NCBI GenBank assembly: GCA_002269645.1
Contig: NIVC01002949.1
Span: 65,006-129,005 of the forward strand
Source: Macrostomum lignano
Lineage: Eukaryota
Direction of reading: 5' to 3'
Length of the DNA stretch: 64,000 bases
Of this stretch, positions 1 through 15,291 are shown in pieces; position 1 is the stretch's first letter, and each line of letters begins with the position of its first letter. The notes beneath the pieces were generated by a model that had not been told where the DNA came from, searched no databases, and was given only the letters and a program-made list of their open reading frames with translations. Made by a program: the position numbers and the translations under genes.

Positions 1-2
1 TT

Positions 3-3729
<3,727 letters not shown>

Positions 3730-4172
3730 CCTCATAGACGCAGTGCTGTTTGAAATCTAAAAAAATTGACCAGGCCTACTTTTTACTAAGTAGCATGTTT
3801 AGTATATAACACTATTTTTTGTACAAAATGAAATCACAGGAGATTCAGTCTGTTTAGACCGTCTGTGCTTCCGTGTCGCGGCCACTTTTATGCCTAGCAG
3901 CTTGTTACCGCTCTTTAACATTTTACATATACAAGCTTATGTAGTTTTATTAGCTGATTTTCAGCGCGACAACCAAATTAATTGCGCAGTACGCAGTAGA
4001 GAGTGGTAAATTTTTTACTTGTGAACATATAATCCGCATCATTTTCTGATAATTATACTAGGTGTAAAAAATATAATTTTACCGATGCCAAACTCACTGT
4101 GAAGTGAAGTCGTGCCACTTTTAGCGGCATACCGTGATGTTTTAAAATTTATGACCGAGGGCCTGGACCAAA

Positions 4173-4367
4173 GATCGTGCCATTTTGGAGGCCTGTTTCC
4201 TGGAAAAAATACACTGCGGAGATAGGAAAAGTACTTTTTTCATCACAAAATCAATTATTTTATTTGATCTATTCTTTAAATTCTTTCTTAACAATCTTCA
4301 CTGCCCGGATCAAATGCAATCGTTGATTTTATAGCTTAGAAAGAAAGGCCTCCAAAAGTGCACGATC
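4173..4367. mobile_element. Small MITE-like element with 22-bp inverted repeats
   Basis: gatcgtgccattttggaggcct (4173-4194) vs aggcctccaaaagtgcacgatc (4346-4367). Interior shares the aaaaatacact-cggagata motif with the 30232-30924 element. No TSD found. Confidence 0.45.
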
Positions 4368-4512
4368 ATAGTTTGACATTTTATACTACAGTGGTCCTTG
4401 TTTATGACCTTGCGTGGTTTAGATTACTGGTTTGATTACGCTAAGAACTCGGTATGCCTTGCTAGGATATCGTTGGGATATGTTCCTTGGGTGAATTTAT
4501 TATTAAATAATG

Positions 4513-4742
4513 GGCTCACGACTGAAAAGTCGGGGGTTCGATTCTCGACCCAACTCGGAACAATTTGTGTCCTTGAGCAAGACACTTAGCTCTGCATTGC
4601 TTCATTTCACCCAGCTGTAAAATGGGTGCCAGCATTAGCTGGGGTAATTGAGGGTGGGTGGCGACCCCACCCCTCCCCCCGGTCCTTGGACTGAACAGAC
4701 GTACGCAGCCTTCAGATGCGCCGCACAATGGCTGCGGCTGGG
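4513..4742 (+). mobile_element. tRNA-derived CORE-SINE, 5'-degenerate copy
   Basis: B box ggttcgattctc, then tgtgtccttgagcaagacactt...gctgtaaaatggg (MIR/CORE-like); near-identical to 52390-52630. Confidence 0.8.
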
Positions 4743-6007
4743 TTTCCATTGAAGCAGATTAAACCACATCTCCCTATGTATAGTGAAGCTGGCCCCCCAG
4801 CAGACAGTTACCAGATTTAGGCTAGGAAAAGCTCGAAATTCCCATTTCAACTAAGACTTTTGAAGCTCTGCTCTTGGAGCACGGGGAATTTCATGGCCTG
4901 CAACTCTACAGGTGAGAGACTGGCCAAGCCAGCTCATGCAGTGTTGATCCTGCCTTCGATGCTTTCGCTTTTCTCACTGTCTCCCTCTTTGCTCTGCTGT
5001 CTCTGTTCTTTGTCGTTCTTCTTTCAATTGCCACACACGTAGTTTTTGCGCCACGAGCCAGCGCTTCATTGCCTGCGCCCAGCAACCCCCCCCCGCCGCT
5101 GCCTTGCTGTGGAACTTGCAGCCAGTAATACTGGGCAAACACTGATTCTCTTTGTAGGCGAGACTTCAAGCAAGAATTGTATAAAAATGCTATCTGTACT
5201 CTACCGAAACTGCAACAGTCCTATAGCTATGAATTAAGTGGAATTCATTTTATGTCAGTTCATAGCTGCAATTTTAGAATTGGAAATGGTGAGTTACGAT
5301 AAAATATCTTGCTATTGAATGATTTGGGCATTGCATGTGCTCAATTAGACTCGTTGAATTTCAGGTTAAGACCGTGCTCAAATCCGAAATACCCCCTTCG
5401 CAATGCAGATAAGAGTCAGATAGCAGTGTTGCGCATGGACAGCTGTACGATTTTCAACTAAATAAGTAACTGAAAAAGAATTGCGTTTTTTATCGCATAG
5501 AGCTACTGAATCCGCAGAAGAATAGCAAATTAGTATTGCCTCGGATTATTTATTAGCTGATGGGAAGATTATGGAGAGCATAGAGGAGTGGCAGAGGAAG
5601 AGAGGTTGGGACAGAGAGAGAGAGAGGCTACAGCTCCCTGTAGACCAATAGCAGTTTAGACTTCAAGGCCTTGCACGTGCCTTGACTGTACACTGTTCTT
5701 GTTGTTGGGCGGAGACTATACTCAGCCTGCCAGCACGGAGTGTGCGCTTATTGCTCATGCGGACACTGAAGTTCCTCAGTGCAGCGACCGAGGTACAGTG
5801 CCGGATCAATACCACTGGCTGTACAGTTACTGATGGCGACTGCGAGGGGGGATTTTTCAGTCTTTGCGACAGCTATAGTATATTATAGCGTTGCTCCTCC
5901 TCCCAATGCGGTTAGCGCCGCCAGCCAGCTAACTAAATTGGCGTTTGGGGAAGCCTTGGAATAGCTACGCTAGTATTTCGTATCAAGTTCATCCATCTCT
6001 GTCGGCC

Positions 6008-6101
6008 TATATAAGGACCCGGCTTCTAATTAGCTGCTCTAATACTTTTTCATCTATACTCCCAGTCGCGGCCCTCACACGCAGCTCATACAGGCGTAAG
6101 T
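6008..6101 (+). promoter_or_regulatory. TATA box and probable non-coding first exon of the CAP gene
   Basis: TATATAA at 6008-6014; donor c|GTAAGT at 6096; matching acceptor atgcag|a at 8209, 12 nt before the ATG. Confidence 0.5.
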
Positions 6102-6204
6102 GACCGAAATTTAATTTATTTTGGGTTTGTGTCAAAATATTTGATTGAATTCTATTGATTTTTTGGATTTGAGTAGTTGAGTATTTATGAGTGAGGCTCA
6201 CTGT

Positions 6205-8140
6205 CCCTCGGTTTGAGTACCGCATGTAGAGTTACCTCTCAGTTTGAGTATCGCATGAAGAGTTACCTCTCGGTTTGAGTATCGCATGTAGAGTTACCTC
6301 TCGGTTTGAGTACCGCATGTAGAGTTACCTCTCAGTTTGAGTATCGCATGAAGAGTTACCTCTCGGTTTGAGTATCGCATGTAGAGTTACCTCTCGGTTT
6401 GAGTACCGCATGTAGAGTTACCTCTCGGTTTGAGTATCGCATGAAGAGTTACCTCTCGGTTTGAGTATCGCATGTAGAGTTACCTCTCGGTTTGAGTATC
6501 GCATGTAGAGTTACCTCTCGGTTTGAGTACCGCATGTAGAGTTACCTCTCGGTTTGAGTATCGCATGAAGAGTTACCTCTCGGTTTGAGTATCGCATGTA
6601 GAGTTACCTCTCGGTTTGAGTATCGCATGAAGAGTTACCTCTCAGTTTGAGTATCGCATGTAGAGTTACCTCTCGGTTTGAGTACCGCATGTAGAGTTAC
6701 CTCTCGGTTTGAGTATCGCATGAAGAGTTACCTCTCGGTTTGAGTATCGCATGTAGAGTTACCTCTCGGTTTGAGTGCCACATGTAGAGTTACCTCTCGG
6801 TTTGAGTATCGCATGTAGAGTTACCTCTCGGTTTGAGTACCGCATGTAGAGTTACCTCTCGGTTTGAGTATCGCATGTAGAGTTACCTCTCGGTTTGAGT
6901 ACCGCATGTAGAGTTACCTCTCGGTTTGAGTATCGCATGAAGAGTTACCTCTCGGTTTGAGTATCGCATGTAGAGTTACCTCTCGGTTTGAGTGCCACAT
7001 GTAGAGTTACCTCTCGGTTTGAGTATCGCATGTAGAGTTACCTCTCGGTTTGAGTATCGCATGAAGAGTTACCTCTCGGTTTGAGTATCGCATGTAGAGT
7101 TACCTCTCGGTTTGAGTATCGCATGAAGAGTTACCTCTCAGTTTGAGTATCGCATGTAGAGTTACCTCTCGGTTTGAGTACCGCATGTAGAGTTACCTCT
7201 CGGTTTGAGTATCGCATGAAGAGTTACCTCTCGGTTTGAGTATCGCATGTAGAGTTACCTCTCGGTTTGAGTGCCACATGTAGAGTTACCTCTCGGTTTG
7301 AGTATCGCATGAAGAGTTACCTCTCGGTTTGAGTATCGCATGTAGAGTTACCTCTCGGTTTGAGTGCCACATGTAGAGTTACCTCTCGGTTTGAGTGCCA
7401 CATGTAGAGTTACCTCTCGGTTTGAGTATCGCATGTAGAGTTACCTCTCGGTTTGAGTACCGCATGTAGAGTTACCTCTCGGTTTGAGTATCGCATGTAG
7501 AGTTACCTCTCGGTTTGAGTACCGCATGTAGAGTTACCTCTCGGTTTGAGTATCGCATGAAGAGTTACCTCTCGGTTTGAGTATCGCATGTAGAGTTACC
7601 TCTCGGTTTGAGTATCGCATGAAGAGTTACCTCTCAGTTTGAGTATCGCATGTAGAGTTACCTCTCGGTTTGAGTACCGCATGTAGAGTTACCTCTCGGT
7701 TTGAGTATCGCATGAAGAGTTACCTCTCGGTTTGAGTATCGCATGTAGAGTTACCTCTCGGTTTGAGTGCCACATGTAGAGTTACCTCTCGGTTTGAGTA
7801 TCGCATGTAGAGTTACCTCTCGGTTTGAGTACCGCATGTAGAGTTACCTCTCGGTTTGAGTATCGCATGTAGAGTTACCTCTCGGTTTGAGTACCGCATG
7901 TAGAGTTACCTCTCGTTTGAGTATCGCATGAAGAGTTACCTCTCGGTTTGAGTATCGCATGTAGAGTTACCTCTCGGTTTGAGTGCCACATGTAGAGTTA
8001 CCTCTCGGTTTGAGTATCGCATGAAGAGTTACCTCTCGGTTTGAGTATCGCATGTAGAGTTACCTCTCGGTTTGAGTATCGCATGAAGAGTTACCTCTCG
8101 GTTTGAGTACCGCATGTAGAGTTACCTCTCGGTTTGAGTA
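6205..8140. repeat. 31-bp minisatellite in 5'-UTR intron of the CAP gene
   Basis: About 62 copies of gagttacctctcggtttgagtatcgcatgta with a few recurring variants. Confidence 0.97.
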
Positions 8141-8221
8141 TCATGTGGGCACTTGACATCTCACTTTTATTATCACATCGCCTTCCACCTGGTACTTTCC
8201 AATATGCAGACCAAAGCCAGG

Positions 8222-10542
8222 ATGGAGCAGTTCATCAAGGAGATCCTGGACTCGCACAATGCTTACCGGAAGCGGCACCAGGCGCCGGCTCTGCGACTCA
8301 GCCAGGACCTGACCGAGTCCGCCCAGAGCTGGGCTGAGCATATTGCCGGCAACGACAAGCTCGAGCACGATACCCAGTGCCAGAAGGACAAAATTGGCGA
8401 GAATGTGGCCATGAAGTACAGCTCCGTACACAGCGACTTTCCGGGTTAGTTAACCTGCGCTGATAGCTACTAACAATAGTAGAGTGTGTGCTAGATTCAT
8501 ATGACTTTCTATGCGAGCAAATGTTACCATTCTCAGGCAACCTGTTTACCGACTATTGGTACCGAGAAATTGAGGACTACAATTTTGAGGGGAATGTCGA
8601 GGACCAGATTCAGTGCGGTGAGTGCTCGGAGGCTGGGAGGGAGGATCTGGGAGGGCGGCAGCGGCCCAGCAACTGAGGATCTGGGAGGGCGGCAGAGGCC
8701 CAGCAACTGAGGATCTGGTAGGCTGGCCCAACAACTAAGAATCTGGGAGGCTGGCCCAGAAACTGAGGATCTGGGATGTTGGCGGTGGTCCAGAAACTGA
8801 GGATCTGGGATGTTGGCGGTGGTCCAGAAACTGAGGATCTGGGATGTTGGCGGTGGTCCAAAAACTGAGGATCTGGGATGTTGGCGGTGGTCCAGAAACT
8901 GAGGATCTGGGATGTTGGCGGTAGTCCAGAAACTGAGGATCTGGGATGTTGGCGGTGGTCCAGAAACTGAGGATCTGGGATGTTGGCGGTGGTCAAGAAA
9001 CTGAGGATCTGGGATGTTGGCGGTGGTCCAGAAACTGAGGATCTGGGATGTTGGCGGTGGTCCAGAAACTGAGGATCTGGGAGGTTGGCGGTGGTCCAGA
9101 AACTGAGGATCTGGGATGTTGGCGGTGGTCCAGAAACTGAGGATCTGGGATGTTGGCGGTGGTCAAGAAACTGAGGATCTGGGATGTTGGCGGTGGTCCA
9201 AAAACTGAGGATCTGGGATGTTGGCGGTGGTCAAGAAACTGAGGATATGGGATGTTGGCGGTGGTACAAAAACTGAGGATCTGGTATGTTGGCGGTGGTC
9301 CAGAAACTGAGGATCTGGGAGGTTGGCGGTGGGATGGTGTCACATTTAATCACAACCGGCTGCTCTCCATTCTTACGACAGGCCACTTCACCCAGGTGGT
9401 GTGGAAAGCCTCAGAGGAGGTCGGCTTTGGCCGGGCCGTGTCCAAATCTGGCCGAGTGTACGTGGTTAGCCGCTACCGGCCGGCCGGAAATTACATGGGC
9501 GAGTTCGGCAAGAACGTCCTGCCGCCGGCTGATGGCAAGATCGTGCTGCCCGAGACGGAACAGGGTTAGTGCGGTCAGCCTGTTGGCTGTCAGCAGTGAA
9601 CCAGCATTGTTCCCCTCTCAGCATCCCCTATACTCTCTCAGCATCCCCTATCCCCTCTCAGCATCCCCTATCCCCTCTCAGCATCCCCTATCCTCTCTTA
9701 GCATCCCCTATCCCCTCTTAGCATCCCCTATCCCCTCTCAGCATCCCCTATCCCCTCTCAGCATCCCCTATCCCCTCTCAGCATCCCCTATCCCCTCTCA
9801 GCATCCCCTATCCCCTCTCAGCATCCCCTTTCCCCTCTCAGCATCCCCTATCCCCTCTTAGCATCCCCTATCCCCTCTCAGCATCCCCTTTCCCCTCTCA
9901 GCATCCCCTATCCCCTCTTAGCATCCCCTATCCCCTCTCAGCATCCCCTATCCCCTCTCAGCATCCCCTATCCCCTCTCAGCATCCCCTATCCCCTCTCA
10001 GCATCCCCTATCCCCTCTCAGCATCCCCTATCCCCTCTTAGCATCCCCTATCCCCTCTCAGCATCCCCTATCCCTCTCAGCATCCCCTATCCCCTCTCAG
10101 CATCCCCTATCCTCTCTCAGCATCCCCTATCCCCTCTCAGCATCCCCTATCCCCTCTCAGCATCCCCTATCCCCTCTCAGCATCCCCTATCCCCTCTCAG
10201 CATCCCCTATCCCCTCTTAGCATCCCCTATCCCCTCTCAGCATCCCCTATCCCCTCTCAGCATCCTTCAGCCTCTCAACATCTCACTATTTAGACGAAAC
10301 ACTGCGCAGCCCGAAAATCCAACTGAATTCCCCGAGCAGGAAAAACTGCTCCAATGCCCGGCGCCAAGCTGGAGGCTGTGATTGGGCCCAATGACCCTGC
10401 CGATCAGCTGGTGGGCACCCGGATGTCTACAAAGACTTCCGGAAACAAAAAGACAGTGGTGCACACGGAGACCTATCGCACTCCAGAGGGCAACACCTAC
10501 ACTAAGGAGCGAGAGACAACCAGCACTGTGCAAGATGAATAA
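8222..10542 (+). CDS. GLIPR2: GAPR-1/GLIPR2-like CAP (SCP/PR-1) domain protein with C-terminal extension
   Basis: Exons 8222-8444, 8537-8617, 9382-9564, probably 10340-10542 (229 aa). [44 protein letters not shown]. His/Glu/Glu/His tetrad intact; no signal peptide. Last-exon acceptor is ambiguous. Confidence 0.85.
8640..9330. repeat. 34-bp intronic minisatellite
   Basis: Unit gaaactgaggatctgggatgttggcggtggtcca inside intron 8618-9381. Confidence 0.95.
9615..10270. repeat. 20-bp intronic minisatellite
   Basis: Unit cagcatcccctatcccctct, about 32 copies. Confidence 0.97.
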
Positions 10543-10864
10543 AGGCAATTTGGCAACCATACTGATTCAAGAGTATTTGTCATTTAAATTGGCGCCGAAA
10601 ATTTGTTAGAAGTTAACCAGCTTATTTGGGCATGGGCGATGCTGACTATTATATTGGATAAAATTTCCTACATAAAATTACTTTACTATAGTATACGAGC
10701 TAGCAACCGCTTTTACTGCCTTGCTTTTTACCTAGATATTTTTCGTAGCCAAAATATTGATTATGGCTTAGTCTACATTAGTGAATTGGCCTTTCAATAG
10801 AGTTAGGATTTTTACCATAAACTGTTAAAATACGTATAGGATTCATTTAGTGTGTATCTAAGGT

Positions 10865-11220
10865 GTGGTTAGAGTTTAAGTTAGGGTTTAGGTTAAGGTT
10901 TAGGTTAGGGTTTAGGTTAGGGTTTAGGTTAGGGTTTATGCTAGGGTTTATGCTAGGGTTTAGGTTAGGGTTTATGCTAGGGTTTATGCTAGGGTTTAGG
11001 TTAGGGTTTAGGTTTAGGTTAGGGTTTAGGTTTAGGTTAGGGTTTAGGTTTAGGTTAGGGTTTAGGTTCAGGTTAGGGTTTAGGTTTAGATAAGGGTTTA
11101 GGTTTAGGTTAGGGTTTAGGTTTAGATAAGGGTTTAGGTTTAGGTTAGGGTTTAGGTTTAGATAAGGGTTTAGGTTTAGATAAGGGTTTAGGTTTAGGTT
11201 AGGCTTTAGGTTAGGATTGG
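10865..11220 (+). repeat. Interstitial telomere-like repeat (TTAGGG/TTTAGG/CTAGGG mix)
   Basis: Alternating ttaggg and tttagg hexamers with atgctaggg and agataaggg variants. Confidence 0.85.
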
Positions 11221-11879
11221 GGTCGGCAGTGTGGCTGACAGTAAATTGCCGCAGACCCATATTTTAATTTTGTGTCTATCAATAGTTTAGGTTTTTTCAA
11301 ATTTGATTTATTTTATTTTATTCTAACTGCACGAATATAATCCCTTATTTATATGTGCTTTATTAGTGGCCTTGCTTTGATGGTGTACCTTTCAGTAATT
11401 AAGTTTCTATGAGGTGTGAAATCTACTAATTTTACAACTCTTATTCCCACGCAGATATGGCAACGATTAGGATTTCCGATATTCGCAACGAATCGCTTAC
11501 CAACTGACTCTGCCAAGTTTTTCCACTCGTTTATCTCTATTATTGCTCCGATGTAAAAACTGTTTATCACCGACAAACATTTTTTTGCCAAAGACACATT
11601 TTTGCGTTCCAGCTAAATAGAACTGCAAGTAGTCTTTTGATTGATAGTTAATATTTTAAATCTGCAAGCTCAGCAATTAGTTGCAAAAAATAAATATGAC
11701 AGTCACAAGTTTATTGCTTAGTGGCTGGCTATCTTAAAACTGTGAATTATCATGGCATGTGAGCAGTTGTGTTATTGATCTTATTGGCCTTAGCACTAGC
11801 AATTTAAATTTTTATTATACACTAATTTCCGGAGCACGAGACTTTCCTACAGCCGAGTTTCCTGTGAAATATTCCCCAG

Positions 11880-12300
11880 GAGGGTTTCCCCACATGAGGC
11901 TTTCTTCGTAGGAGGGTTTCCCCGCAGGGAGGGTTTCCTCGCAGGGAGGGTTTCCCTGCAGCAGGGTTTCCCCGCATGGAGGGTTTCCCCGCAGGGAGGG
12001 TTTCTCGGCAGAGAGGGTTTCCCCCAGGGAGGGTTTCCCCGCAGGGAGGGTTTCTCGGCAGGGAGGGTTTTTTGGCAGGGAGGGTTTCTCGGCAGGGAGG
12101 GTTTCTCGGCAGGGAGGGTTTCTCGGCAGGGAGGGTTTCTCGGCAGGGAGGGTTTCTCGGCAGGGAGGGTTTCTCGGCAGGGAGGGTTTCTCGGCAGGGA
12201 GGGTTTCTCGGCAGGGAGGGTTTCTCGGCAGGGAGGGTTTCTCGGCAGGGAGGGTTTCTCGGCAGGGAGGGTTTCTCGGCAGGGAGGGTTGCACAGGGGT
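11880..12300. repeat. 17-bp G-rich minisatellite
   Basis: Unit cggcagggagggtttct, homogeneous 12080-12290, degenerate to the left. Confidence 0.95.
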
Positions 12301-12817
12301 TTCCGCAGGAATATTTTCTTTATTTGCCTGCGATTTGGACCAAACACGCATTGGTTTAAAAGCTTAAACGTTGAAAACAAATTAATCTCAATGAACTGAA
12401 TCTTCAACATCAAACTTCAAAACCTTTGCCCATCGCCGTCCTTTCGCTGTCGGCGACCCCTGTTGCCAAACAAATTCAGAAAATTCTCAGTTCACCTGAA
12501 AAAATCAATTCCTGCAATCTCAGCAATTTTACCTGCAGTATTCGCGGTTGAGCCAGCTGAAACTCTGCGAGCAAAGTCAAGCAAACAAAGGGTTGGATTG
12601 TCACAATGTAAAATTCAACAGAAACTTTCTGGCGCCGTGTTCAGAGCGCTATGGAATCGGCAAGCAGAAAAGCGGTGTTCAAGTCAGCTGACCATCGATC
12701 CCCGAGCAAACACCGGCAGTAGCCATGAGCATCAATTTGCGCACCTGCTGGTTGCCAACAAATTCTGTTGCCAAATGTTTGAACGCCGAGTTGCCAGGTG
12801 GTCAAGCAGTCCAGGTG

Positions 12818-12824
12818 CATAAAA
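12818..12824 (+). promoter_or_regulatory. TATA-like box (CATAAAA) upstream of the ependymin-related gene
   Basis: gtgCATAAAAagc about 85 nt before ATG 12904. Confidence 0.4.
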
Positions 12825-12903
12825 AGCACCCCTGGCCAGCGACCAGAGTCCATCAAGTCCACTCGATTTCTTACTGCCGGACATCCAGACTCTCTGACTC
12901 AAG

Positions 12904-13572
12904 ATGAAGCTGCTGCTGCTGCTCACCGCCCTTGTGGCCACCGCCCTGGCCTGCGAGAACCCGCCCAGAGAGGGAGCCATCGGAGTGGCCGGTCTCGGCT
13001 ACCACAACGGCACCTACCTCAAGCTGCTGGGAGGCATCGCCGGCTCCAAGGAGAAGAAGAAGGTGGCCGCCTACTTCAAGGTGAAGTCCCAGAACTACTC
13101 CGGACACCACTACACCATGTTCGACTTCGAGGCCGGCGTCGGCTACTACGCCTGGGGCACCAGCGCCGCCAACGCCCGGTGCGTGAAGATCCCCGTGAGC
13201 CACGCCAAGTACTTCCTCACCCTGTGCCCCAAGATGTGGCCGAACAACCGCGTGGTGGCCCGGTCCACCGTCACCAGCCGCAAGGTGCCCATCAGCGTGC
13301 ACTGCGGCCGCATGACCAAGGGCGACCTCTCCATCAAGCTGGGCGGCGTCATCGATGACCGCTGCGTGCCGATCCTCATCAAGAAGAAGTACAGGAAGAA
13401 CGGCCAGTGCTCCGGCGGTATTCTCTTCTTCTTCGGCTTCCACCAGCCCAAGGACAAGTACTTCGAGCTGCCCGAGCTGTGCGCCAGCGCCAAGTTCTAC
13501 AAGCCGAAGCGCGGAGAGGGCAGAAAGCCGTGCAGCGAGAAGACCAAGGGCCTGCCGACCCCCGACAGCTAA
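12904..13572 (+). CDS. Secreted ependymin-related protein (EPDR family), intronless, 222 aa
   Basis: Signal peptide MKLLLLLTALVATALA. Ependymin-type pattern C-x-x-P, DF-x-x-G-x-x-Y...C-x-K-x-P, C-P, D-x-x-C-V-P, F-x-L-P-x-x-C. 8 Cys, sequons NGT and NYS, very strong GC3 codon bias. Family call is by motif recall only. Confidence 0.72.
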   Translation: MKLLLLLTALVATALACENPPREGAIGVAGLGYHNGTYLKLLGGIAGSKEKKKVAAYFKVKSQNYSGHHYTMFDFEAGVGYYAWGTSAANARCVKIPVSHAKYFLTLCPKMWPNNRVVARSTVTSRKVPISVHCGRMTKGDLSIKLGGVIDDRCVPILIKKKYRKNGQCSGGILFFFGFHQPKDKYFELPELCASAKFYKPKRGEGRKPCSEKTKGLPTPDS

Positions 13573-15187
13573 ACTGCTGGACTGACCTTGGACTGGGGAT
13601 TTTCCACTGCAGCAATGCTGAGTACCGGCGTATGGCTGGTTAAATAGCAGAAATACACGAGACCTGCTGCTGCAGCTGCGAACCGCATTTGCACCATCGT
13701 GTTGCCTGAGTTGTCTTTGCCTCATTTTGCTCAACTGTGCTGGATATCATATGGCAGTGTTTTGGGATTGCTTGAATCTGACAGAGCATAGTCGAAAAGT
13801 TTTACTGCTAAAAATTTCTTCTACATATCCCTGATGTACATTTCCGACCGACAAGTTGATTTCAAAGCCTTTTCAAAGCAAACTGGATCGCTGTCTCTCT
13901 CTTTCGGTCTTCTTCTGCGTATGAAAGGTCTAGCACATGTCCTCTTACATGTAGTACAGATAATTCTTTTCGAGCGAAGCGGTTGGGATCATATGTAGGT
14001 CTGGCCATAGACACTTTGGCTCTGACTGAATTCAAAAGGTTCTGTTAAATAGAAAAGGGAGTGTCTTAATTGAATCTCTGCAAGCCTTGCAGGTGCAGCA
14101 CAGACATGTCACTCAGCAGCATACATAATCTGTGTTGCATTTTGCTTGCAGAAAATTAATCGAGGCAAACAAACACCCTTACGTCTGAATCAGTGTCTGA
14201 ATTGGTGTGTCCGCTGTTTGAATAAAAAGGGAGTTTGTTCAAAAAGGAGGTAAAAAGGTGTACACAAAGGCATCGTAGTGCAGTCTTCAATTGTATTGTC
14301 CATGCAAAAACTTGTCAAGGTCTCGACTGTGGCGCATCGACAAATGCAGTCAATACAGAACCACGTTGATGGTCGTTTAAACTAATCTCGGATAAATAGC
14401 TCTAATTTATGATTACTACCGTAGATACTCTGTTGAGACTGTTTACAGGTAGATGCGACCATTTGATTAGAACCATAGCTGTGTAGTGTGTTAAAAACTT
14501 ATATAGAATTTACGTGTAATAAAAGTACTTTTAAGCTTTTTTAAGGCTTTAAATTCCCTAAAAAGTTCTAGAAAACAGTGAAACACGACTGTTTCATATT
14601 AGTCTATGGTATTCACCCAGACAGTCCATGCAGACGGAAGGACTAACTTGTTCCTTTTTGTTTGATCTATTTCATTAACACCTGCCGTTTAGTCCAGGAA
14701 ACATCTATAGAGAATATTTAGTATACGTTTTTGCTTCCAATGTGGTTTTTACTGCGTCCAATTTGGTGCGTCGCAATTAAGTGCTCAGCAGAGTTCATGT
14801 TTACCATAGACAAAGAACTGAAATCACCATTTGGTTCATTTCATGAACTTTAAACTTCAAACCAACAGTCAGGTATGCATTCACTGTCCTCTCTCTGTCC
14901 CTGCACCAGACTATAATTCTAGCGCATGGTCCTCTCTGCTGCGCTATTCTTTACAGCTATACCTTCCAGCTGTACATATGTAGCTCCAGCTGTAGTTAAA
15001 ACTAGATTGATTCCGGTGTCTGTGGCTTTTTGTGATTTGTCTAGATGTACGAGTATTCTAAAATCTCTGTTACGCTGCTACGTCAACGGCCACACACCCA
15101 TTGAAATGAAAAAAGCCATGCAACTGGCCGAAATATCTCAACCACCATTACATGTAGACATACGAGCGTATCCTTAGACATGCGGCT

Positions 15188-15291
15188 CCGGGATTTATAA
15201 ACAAGAATCGCCTGATACGAGGAGATGAGCCTCGGAGATTTTTTACGGCTCATCTCCTCGTATTAGGCGATTCTTTGAATGTAATCCACGG
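15188..15291. other. Fold-back hairpin (29-bp stem, one G-T pair, 15-nt loop)
   Basis: aagaatcgcctgatacgaggagatgagcc (15203-15231) / ggctcatctcctcgtattaggcgattctt (15247-15275), imperfect extension outward. Confidence 0.8.

Noticed and set aside
6205-8140. 31-bp direct repeats as a CRISPR array
   Set aside because: Head-to-tail units with no unique spacers, eukaryotic intron, no cas genes; same for all other arrays
10865-11220. True chromosome end
   Set aside because: Internal, short, mostly variant hexamers, unique sequence both sides
11815-12413. Repeat ORFs (also 28027-28854, 34719-35342, 45906-46425, 46898-47231, 55446-56185)
   Set aside because: Open in several frames because of stop-free tandem units; intronic or intergenic; no synonymous bias, unlike the SARA coding repeat
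14598-14802. 10-bp inverted repeat gtctatggta/taccatagac about 200 bp apart
   Set aside because: Too short, no TSD, no further symmetry
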